A DNA stretch of 41,956 nt from Candidatus Iainarchaeum sp. (GTDB lineage: Archaea; Iainarchaeota; Iainarchaeia; Iainarchaeales; JAAZKV01): assembly GCA_028690725.1 (NCBI GenBank), contig JAQVAR010000001.1, positions 1-41,956 on the forward strand, read 5' to 3'. Below the pieces are notes generated by a model, which saw only the letters and a list, made by a program, of their open reading frames with translations, was not told the origin of the DNA and searched no databases. Positions within the stretch are counted from its first letter, which is position 1; every line of letters begins with the position of its first letter. Position numbers and translations under genes: made by a program. Positions 35,216-41,956 of this stretch are shown here, one piece after another.

Positions 35216-35968
35216 ATGGTTAAAAAAAATGAAAAAAAATATTTTGAGATTGTTGAAAAAGAAAAAATGAATTTGAATGGTTTTACATTAATAGAAGGTT
35301 TTCCAGATGTTGGTTTAGCTGGAACAATTGGTGCAAGATATTTATCAGAAAAACTTGATTTTGAACAAATTGGTCATATTGATTCATTATTGTTTTCACC
35401 AATAATTAGAATTAATAATGGCATACCAATGCACCCAGTTAGAATTTATGCTAATAAAAAATATAAAACAGTTATTGCTTTATCAGAACAGATTATTCCA
35501 AATAATATTGCAAGCATAATGGCAAAAGAATTAGTTGAATGGATAAAGAAAAAAGGAATAAAACAGGTTATTGCTACATCAGGAATAAAAAATCCTACTG
35601 GAGAAAGCGTGTATGCTTTTGCAAGTGATGAAAAATCAAAAAAAATTATTAAAAAAAATAAGATAGAGTTAATTAATAATGGCATTACATCAGGAGTAAC
35701 TGCAATGCTAATGCTTTATTTAAAAGATAATAATATTATTGCTTTTTGTTTAATTGGAAATGCAAGAAACAATGCGGATTATTATGCTGCTTCAGAAATT
35801 GTTAAAGCATTTTGCAAACTAATTAATGTTAATATTGATGTAAAACCATTATTAAAAGAAGCAAAAGAATTAGAAAATGCTATAACAAATCATTTGAAAA
35901 CACTTGAAACACAAAAAAATATGGGAGAAGAATCAGAAATAATAAAAAGCCCACCAATGTATACATAA
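35216..35968 (+). CDS. PAC2-family proteasome assembly chaperone-like protein
   Basis: FTLIEGFPDVGLAGTIGARYL matches the PAC2 N-terminal signature. GGTG Shine-Dalgarno motif 5 nt upstream. Length is typical of archaeal PbaA/B-like proteins. Confidence 0.75.
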   Translation: MVKKNEKKYFEIVEKEKMNLNGFTLIEGFPDVGLAGTIGARYLSEKLDFEQIGHIDSLLFSPIIRINNGIPMHPVRIYANKKYKTVIALSEQIIPNNIASIMAKELVEWIKKKGIKQVIATSGIKNPTGESVYAFASDEKSKKIIKKNKIELINNGITSGVTAMLMLYLKDNNIIAFCLIGNARNNADYYAASEIVKAFCKLINVNIDVKPLLKEAKELENAITNHLKTLETQKNMGEESEIIKSPPMYT

Positions 35969-36035
35969 TCATTTTTTAATATTTTAATAAAATAAATATT
36001 AATAATATAATAAAAAAATTAGAATCAAAAAATTT

Positions 36036-39000
36036 TTATTTTTTCAAATTATTTTTATTTTTCTTTTGTGTTAACACGAAAGAAATTGTTAGGAATAATG
36101 TAATAAACAAAATCAAACTTGGTATTGTTTGTGGTAATGATGGAATATTAAATCCAGTTCCTTCTTGTTGTCCAATATTAAATGTCATTGGGTTTCCCGC
36201 TGTTCCTGAAACATTACCTTCTTTATCAACACCATAATACGCACCTTGGTCTTTGAATGCTTGATTTAATGGAATTTGCATTGAATTTTCTGGATACCAT
36301 TGACCAGTATTAGGATCAAACCAAAATGAACCATTTGTCCCTTGTGCTGTTCTAAGTGTTTCTGCAGGACCATTATTATAACTTAATTTTGGAATACCAT
36401 TGTCTGCGCTAAAATCAAGAGTATGTGTTTTTCCATCAGCAGTCCTAAAAGATATTTTTCCGTCAGCATCTTGTGTTACACCACCAACTATTGGAGAATC
36501 AACCAAAATTTTTCCAGTTTCTTTATCTGTTACTCTAAAATAATCTACACATTCTCCTGTTTCAGGATCTCTTTCAGCATAAAATTCAAATATTTTTCCA
36601 TCAGTAGTAAATTGTGTAAATGGCCCCAAATGTTTCATTGAAGTATTAAAATTATCTACTCTTTGTAATCCTAGTTGATCATTAGGATAGCCTTGGGCTT
36701 CTAATTCTAATGCTGGTTGTTCACAATCTGTTTCAGGATCTAATATTGAAGATAATTTTGCTTTTAAACCCGAAACTTCTTTTGAACTTAAAACAGCTTC
36801 TTTGTGTTGTCTCAACCAAATTATTATTTCATTTGTTTCCGGATTTAATACTATTGAACCATGTTCAAAAGCCATTCCAATAAATTTTCCAGCATCAACT
36901 ATTCTGTTAGCATCTTGTTCTAACCTAGAATCCCAAAAACCATTTATTATAAATTTTGCATTTATTGTTCCATAAACAGGAACAGTTCCTTCTAATTGTA
37001 TTTTTCCATCTCTCACAAAAACATTACCATATTTTTCAGTATTAATCGCTTTTAAGTCTCCGAACACTTGTGTTAACTCGTCACCATTATAAGTTATGCC
37101 TGATTGTTTTTTTATTGCATCTTGAATACAATTTCTTACAAGTGCTTCTTTCACTCTTACTTCTCCCAAAACATTTAATTCAAAAACAGTTTCTGTTGTA
37201 TTAGGCATAGAAGAAATTGAAACAGTTTTTGGAATTAGTTCAGCAGGAATTTTGTTTTCTTGTATTGTTAAACCAATAATTTCTTTTTTATCTTCAACAA
37301 TTTTTTTACCATCAATTAACAAATCCCCGTTATCAAAATCTTTTACAATTTCAATATTACCATCAGTTGTTAGTGATTTTCCACTAGTCTTTAAACCAGT
37401 AGGAAGTAAAGTATCTTTAAACCAAATATAAAATATTTCTTTTCCTGTTACACCACCACTAATCGGAGGTAATAATTCTATTGTTGCTTGTAAAATATTA
37501 TCGTTTTTTGCTTGGTTAGCAAAATTTTCAAACTCTTCTTTTATTTTTCCAATTGAATCAGCAACAGGATTATCTTGAGAAGCAAGATCATCAATATTTT
37601 TGCTTAAATCAGATATTGTTGAAGATACTCCTTCGCTTGAAAGAGACTCTTTTGTTTTACTATTAACTTGTTGAGCTGGTGGAGGAGAATAAAAATGAAT
37701 ATAATAACCATCAACATCATCAACACAATCCTGTAATTTTGGTGCAATTAAAACTTGTTGTGCACCAGTAGCAAGTAATCCAATACCAGGATTAATAAAA
37801 TAACCCACTGATTCTAAACTAGCAGTAACAAAACCAGTATACTTGCCAGCCCAACCAAGATTATTTTCTCTTAACACTTGGTCACAAGTAGTTCCTTCTC
37901 TTTTAGCTTGTGACAAATTAATTTCTTGGCCTTCAATGTCTGCAGTAGAACCCTTTATGTTAGAACCATGAGTATAAACTATTAATGTTGTGCCGTCCTC
38001 TTTAATAGTTTCAGGATCAATTGCTTCAACAATAAATGATTTAATATTTACTGGTGATTGAATATCAAATCTTGAATAATCATCATTCGAATTAATTGAC
38101 ATAGTACAACCAGAACAATTTTCATTATGAGAATAAAAAGCAATATTTTTTACTTCATCTCTCATAATTCCTCCATCTAAACCATATTCCCCAGAAAAAG
38201 CTCTTAACTTATCACCAATTTGGGGAGAAAGATTATCAGCAATTTCTTTAGCAAGATAATTTGGAAAAAAAATGAAACTATTAATTACTTTTGAAAATAA
38301 TTCTCCTTGATCAGAACCCTCATTAGCATAAAAATCAGTAAAAGATCTTTTGTAAACATCATCTATTCCTTGAGAAATAGTCATAGTGGTCCAAGAATCA
38401 GGAAGCATGAAAGCAGAAAATTTTTCATTACCAAAACCACGTTTAACATTCCAAAGCATCATTGGACCAATCGCCACTTTATAAAAAGCACTTGTATTTG
38501 CTTTAAAAGTAAAATAATCTTGAATGATTTTATTTTCACTTGCAAAAAGACTATCTAATGCATTAAGAGATCTTCTAGAAACAAAATCTGCTTTCTCTCT
38601 TAAACCAGCATCCAAATCAGAAAAATTTATTAGAGCAGTATTTGGTCTAGAAACTATTCTACCATTAGTAATAATATTCGCAAAATCCTCAGGCATTAAA
38701 TCTTTTACATAATCATATTTAGAAGAATAAATATCAACTGTTCCAAGAATACCTGGAGAATCCTTAATGTAATTAACAGTTGAAGCATTCAAAGGCATTT
38801 GCCCAACACCAGGAATATTAACAGTATACAAAGAATCCCCTAATTTTGCAACATATGATTGTAAATCAGCAACGTTTACTCCAGCAGCTTCTAATTTAGA
38901 AGGAGTTGGTTTGAATAACTTAATTCCAGTATGACCAGTAGCACCTATTGCACTACCAAGTTCATACTGATAATCAAAACTACCAATAGCACCAGCATAA

Positions 39001-40538
39001 TCATCCCAATTTCCTTTTTCAGCAAAAGGAGTCAATATTCCTTTAGTAAAATTATATGGTTGAGAAGAAGTAATATCAACAAAACCACTATCAGCAGTAA
39101 AGCCAGCTTTTTTTACTGCTAAACCTTGTAAACCAGTAAGATCAGGATTTTTTTGAATCCAAGCAGGAAAATCAAGGAAAGTAACATCATCCCAATCCTT
39201 AACTTGTTTAGAAACAGTTTTAGCATAAGACATTAAATCATCATATGTTTGAGCCGAACTCAAAAAAGCTTTTTTTGCAGCACTCATTTGAGTTGAACTA
39301 GCATTCGCATAAGCTTTTACATCTTGTAAAGCTCTAAAAAAAGCTTTTTTTTGATCAGGAGTTAAATTATTCAAAGGACTATTCGGACCAAGCAAAGCAT
39401 CAGTATAACCAGCAGCACCTGAAGAAAAAGCTTTTCCACCAACAGTAAACTCTGTAAAATATTCTCCAAAACCATTTTTTTTAATAAGTTGTTGATAATT
39501 ATCAATTCTATTTTTTCCTAAAAGAGCAGACGGAACATCCCCCAGAGCATCTCTTCCACTTCTAAAAACCTTTTCATTAAAAAATTTTACTACTCTATTT
39601 TGAGCACCACCAGCAGGACCACTGCCAGTCAAATTTAACCATCTACCAGCAGAATTTAATAATGCAGGACCAAAACTAGTAACAACAATATCAGCAGAAT
39701 ACCATTGATTATATATTTTGTCAAAAGCAGAATAACTAGAAATAATACAAGAAGCATTATTACAATTAGTAGCATTCTTAGTAGTATATTGATTTGTTCT
39801 AAAAGAATTTGGTATTTGATCAGTTGGATCTAATTTAGTTGTTTGAATTGCAAAATCATTATTAATTTCATTTTCTACACCCTCTTCAGAATCATCACTC
39901 AAATCATAACTACTAAAAACTTGGTTTTGCATCCTAACATATTCTTCTTCGCTAACACCACTAATTCCTTGTTTTGCTAAATCTTCAAAACGAGAAGTAT
40001 TATCAACAAACATATTTGTTAGTCCTTTACCAGAAGTTCTGTATGCTAAACCATTACCATAAACCCTACAATCTTCTTGAGCCGAATCAACACATGTTCC
40101 CACTCTCAAAGTATCATCTAACACTAAACCAATACCAAAAGGACCAGAAACAGTTCTACTATCAAGAAAACTAAATCTATCAGCAGAAGCTGCTTTAGAA
40201 GGAGCAGATTGTTTTACTGCTGTCTCACCATCATTATCTTGTCCAATTAATTCTAAATCATCTAAATCAATACCAGTTGCTTTCTCATTCTTATCATCAT
40301 TAATTTCTTTACCCTGAAAATTATCTTTTGTTAAATTCATTATTTGTTTTGATTCAAGAGGAGTAAGAGAAGAAATATCACATCTAAATTCATTCGAAGA
40401 ATCTTGAGAAACTGTTTCCTCAAAAAAAATATTATTTGAAACGGAATTATTTTCTAAAGAAAAGGCAATAGCGGGATTACTTGATAACAAACAAAATGTT
40501 ATAAAACCAACTAATAATCCTTCCAACATTTTATTCAT
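36036..40538 (-). CDS. 1500-aa secreted protein with a C-terminal membrane anchor; candidate S-layer or major envelope protein
   Basis: Uninterrupted 4.5-kb ORF. Signal peptide MNKMLEGLLVGFITFCLLSSNPAIA|FS. C-terminus ...GFNIPSLPQTIPSLILFITLFLTISFVLTQKKNKNNLKK. I recognise no catalytic or repeat family. Composition (G/S/T/D/A-rich, K-poor) differs from neighbouring genes. Confidence 0.8.
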   Translation of the reverse strand: MNKMLEGLLVGFITFCLLSSNPAIAFSLENNSVSNNIFFEETVSQDSSNEFRCDISSLTPLESKQIMNLTKDNFQGKEINDDKNEKATGIDLDDLELIGQDNDGETAVKQSAPSKAASADRFSFLDSRTVSGPFGIGLVLDDTLRVGTCVDSAQEDCRVYGNGLAYRTSGKGLTNMFVDNTSRFEDLAKQGISGVSEEEYVRMQNQVFSSYDLSDDSEEGVENEINNDFAIQTTKLDPTDQIPNSFRTNQYTTKNATNCNNASCIISSYSAFDKIYNQWYSADIVVTSFGPALLNSAGRWLNLTGSGPAGGAQNRVVKFFNEKVFRSGRDALGDVPSALLGKNRIDNYQQLIKKNGFGEYFTEFTVGGKAFSSGAAGYTDALLGPNSPLNNLTPDQKKAFFRALQDVKAYANASSTQMSAAKKAFLSSAQTYDDLMSYAKTVSKQVKDWDDVTFLDFPAWIQKNPDLTGLQGLAVKKAGFTADSGFVDITSSQPYNFTKGILTPFAEKGNWDDYAGAIGSFDYQYELGSAIGATGHTGIKLFKPTPSKLEAAGVNVADLQSYVAKLGDSLYTVNIPGVGQMPLNASTVNYIKDSPGILGTVDIYSSKYDYVKDLMPEDFANIITNGRIVSRPNTALINFSDLDAGLREKADFVSRRSLNALDSLFASENKIIQDYFTFKANTSAFYKVAIGPMMLWNVKRGFGNEKFSAFMLPDSWTTMTISQGIDDVYKRSFTDFYANEGSDQGELFSKVINSFIFFPNYLAKEIADNLSPQIGDKLRAFSGEYGLDGGIMRDEVKNIAFYSHNENCSGCTMSINSNDDYSRFDIQSPVNIKSFIVEAIDPETIKEDGTTLIVYTHGSNIKGSTADIEGQEINLSQAKREGTTCDQVLRENNLGWAGKYTGFVTASLESVGYFINPGIGLLATGAQQVLIAPKLQDCVDDVDGYYIHFYSPPPAQQVNSKTKESLSSEGVSSTISDLSKNIDDLASQDNPVADSIGKIKEEFENFANQAKNDNILQATIELLPPISGGVTGKEIFYIWFKDTLLPTGLKTSGKSLTTDGNIEIVKDFDNGDLLIDGKKIVEDKKEIIGLTIQENKIPAELIPKTVSISSMPNTTETVFELNVLGEVRVKEALVRNCIQDAIKKQSGITYNGDELTQVFGDLKAINTEKYGNVFVRDGKIQLEGTVPVYGTINAKFIINGFWDSRLEQDANRIVDAGKFIGMAFEHGSIVLNPETNEIIIWLRQHKEAVLSSKEVSGLKAKLSSILDPETDCEQPALELEAQGYPNDQLGLQRVDNFNTSMKHLGPFTQFTTDGKIFEFYAERDPETGECVDYFRVTDKETGKILVDSPIVGGVTQDADGKISFRTADGKTHTLDFSADNGIPKLSYNNGPAETLRTAQGTNGSFWFDPNTGQWYPENSMQIPLNQAFKDQGAYYGVDKEGNVSGTAGNPMTFNIGQQEGTGFNIPSLPQTIPSLILFITLFLTISFVLTQKKNKNNLKK

Positions 40539-40582
40539 TCAAAAACACCTAATCATATTAAACAACTAATAAACGCATAATA

Positions 40583-41149
40583 TTAATATGGTTTCAAGAC
40601 ATTAATAATTGTTAGCAATGGTGGCTCACTAACAACCCCATAAAAAATATAAACAAATAAACCAAGAGGAACCCAATTAAAAAAGAAAAATAATAAAAAC
40701 AAAAATAATGATACTGAAGAAAAAATCCCAATAAAAATTTTTATGATATCAGAATATTGTTTTTCTTTTTGATTCTCAATAATAAAACTGGAAAAAAATT
40801 CAAAAAATAATAAAACAATTGAAAGGATTATTGTTACAATTAATATTCTAATTAATGCAAGACAAATCATTAAAAAAAATTCTAAAAAATTGTATTCTAA
40901 TTCTGGTTCAGTTGGAAATGCCAAACTAGCCCCAATAAAAACAAAATACATATAAAAAGAAAATATTAAAATAAAAATTATTATTAAATTAAGCAAAAGA
41001 CAAGATTTTATCCAAGAAAAATTATACTTTTCAACAATTTTTTTCCTCAAAGGATCAAAAAGCTTACAAATAATAAACATTATTATTGAAAGAGGAATAA
41101 CAAATTTTAAAAAATCGATTAACCCAAAAAACAATTCTAAAAAAACCAT
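40583..41149 (-). CDS. Hypothetical polytopic membrane protein, co-oriented directly upstream of the 1500-aa gene
   Basis: About 5-6 hydrophobic segments. The ATG at 41147-41149 is preferred over the TTG at 41197. I recognise no family signature. Confidence 0.5.
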   Translation of the reverse strand: MVFLELFFGLIDFLKFVIPLSIIMFIICKLFDPLRKKIVEKYNFSWIKSCLLLNLIIIFILIFSFYMYFVFIGASLAFPTEPELEYNFLEFFLMICLALIRILIVTIILSIVLLFFEFFSSFIIENQKEKQYSDIIKIFIGIFSSVSLFLFLLFFFFNWVPLGLFVYIFYGVVSEPPLLTIINVLKPY

Positions 41150-41284
41150 TTTTATCAATAGAAATAAACGTTTTTTTAGTATAATAATCTTTTGCAACTA
41201 CAAACAAAAAGTAATACAATAAACAAAGCAATAAAAACACAATAATCTTATAAGTTTATAATATTTTAATAAATTGGTGGATTA

Positions 41285-41932
41285 ATGCAAGCATTGTTTT
41301 ATGGAATAGCTATTGCGGGAAGTTTTTCAATAGGCTATTCATTATTAAGAATTATTTTACCAAAAAAACAAGAAGCAAACATACTTGAAAAAATTAGTTA
41401 TAGCTATGCATTAGGATTAATAGTTTTCTTACCCGGAATGATTCTTTCATTATTAATTTTTGAAAAATTTTTTTTTATAACAGCAAGTATTTTCTATGCA
41501 ATATTATTTATAATATTTTTTATAATAAGAAAAAAATTTAATTTAGTTGATGATGTTAAATTATTAGAAGAAAAAAAAATAATATACATACCAAAAAAAG
41601 TTTTAACAAAAGAAGAAAAAATGAAAAACAAAGAAATAGATTATGAAAAACCAAATTTAGATATTATAAGTGAAAAAGAAACCAAAAAACAACTTTTTAA
41701 AGAAAAAAAACTTAATGTAATAGAAAATTTAAGAGAAAAAACATTGGAAATAAAAGAAAAAAAAAGTGATGATAATAGAAAAGAAACCCTTGAAAGATTA
41801 AAGGGTTTTGCAGAACAAGTAAATAAAAAAAAGAAATTAGAAAAAAAAGAAACAATTAATAAAAACAAACAAGATGATATTGATGAAGAGGAAATAGAAA
41901 AAATAGGAAAAGTGAATTTTGATGACAACTGA
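41285..41932 (+). CDS. Hypothetical membrane protein with a long K/E-rich C-terminal tail
   Basis: Three N-terminal transmembrane segments, then low-complexity charged sequence. ORF evidence only. Confidence 0.5.
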   Translation: MQALFYGIAIAGSFSIGYSLLRIILPKKQEANILEKISYSYALGLIVFLPGMILSLLIFEKFFFITASIFYAILFIIFFIIRKKFNLVDDVKLLEEKKIIYIPKKVLTKEEKMKNKEIDYEKPNLDIISEKETKKQLFKEKKLNVIENLREKTLEIKEKKSDDNRKETLERLKGFAEQVNKKKKLEKKETINKNKQDDIDEEEIEKIGKVNFDDN

Positions 41933-41956
41933 GAAAATTCCAAGAAGAATGCAAAG

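Noticed and set aside
40583-41197. Candidate prepilin peptidase or archaeosortase, a small polytopic membrane protein next to surface-protein genes.
   Set aside because: It has no paired Asp motifs (GxGD-type) of A24 peptidases and no recognisable Cys/Arg/His archaeosortase signature. It is also shorter than either family. I kept it as a hypothetical protein.
717-41943. Many ORF-track entries lie antisense to, or are nested in, longer well-supported genes. Examples: 717..992, 1410..1631, 3408..3602, 4181..4480, 8027..8215, 8416..8679, 9703..9909, 11102..11284, 11538..11828, 12287..12490, 13335..13739, 14680..15090, 15185..15403, 17005..17388, 17558..17854, 17905..18171, 18739..19068, 19927..20112, 20140..20406, 20428..20640, 20735..21085, 21393..21647, 23177..23374, 23637..23927, 24576..24899, 25859..26077, 27051..27335, 27691..27906, 28703..28933, 30706..31251, 31701..31964, 31753..32163, 33461..33802, 34192..34410, 34419..34655, 34738..35070, 35446..35685, 36423..36641, 38307..38558, 38524..38712, 38931..39122, 39974..40174, 41641..41943.
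   Set aside because: These are shadow ORFs, expected in AT-rich DNA where stop codons are depleted opposite K/N/I/F-rich frames. Their translations are low-complexity (F/L/I/S-rich) with no motifs. Each overlaps a gene that has strong family signatures.

Overview
This is a very AT-rich, gene-dense fragment that I read as archaeal, most plausibly from a small-genome DPANN-type lineage (Woese-/Pace-/Nanoarchaeota-like). The lineage call is inference. It rests on a tRNA-Gln with a canonical bulge-helix-bulge intron, an archaeal/eukaryotic-type ProRS, geranylgeranyl reductase, an Ogg2-type glycosylase, a PAC2 proteasome chaperone, class III (prepilin-like) signal peptides and GGTG-type Shine-Dalgarno motifs.

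Layout:
- 1-10.3 kb: a surface-glycan cluster with GDP-fucose synthesis (gmd, fcl), at least 4 glycosyltransferases, 4 methyltransferases (two are inverted FkbM paralogs) and a Wzx-like flippase.
- 10.3-14.5 kb: purine/MTA salvage (apt, mtnP) and truD, interleaved with a decayed hicA and two paralogous RHH/PIN pairs. Both pairs are arranged tail-to-tail, which is unusual.
- 14.6-26.4 kb: an 874-aa FN3/Ig-like surface protein, a geranylgeranyl reductase split by a 535-aa LAGLIDADG intein, and two tandem ~930-aa proteins that begin like type IV pilins but carry very large adhesin-like bodies.
- 26.46-26.85 kb: an intron-containing tRNA-Gln(CUG) next to a nested repeat array.
- 26.9-30 kb: uppS, a ferritin-like protein, ogg, hsp20 and a DUF192 protein.
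- 30.3-35.1 kb: a type IV filament ATPase and two single-domain TadB/TadC-like platform proteins, separated by an opposite-strand proS.
- 35.2-41.9 kb: PAC2, a 1500-aa secreted and C-terminally anchored protein, and small membrane proteins.

The best candidate for something new is an Epd/Tad-like type IV filament system whose substrates appear to be giant modular pilin-like adhesins. Four giant surface proteins take up about 12.7 kb, roughly 30% of the window. Secondary candidates are the convergent RHH/PIN modules with shared GTATTAC operator-like motifs, and the intein in the reductase FAD motif.

All functional calls come from motif recognition by eye; no searches were run. Several ORF-track starts are TTG or GTG; I moved them to ATG plus Shine-Dalgarno positions where the sequence supports it.
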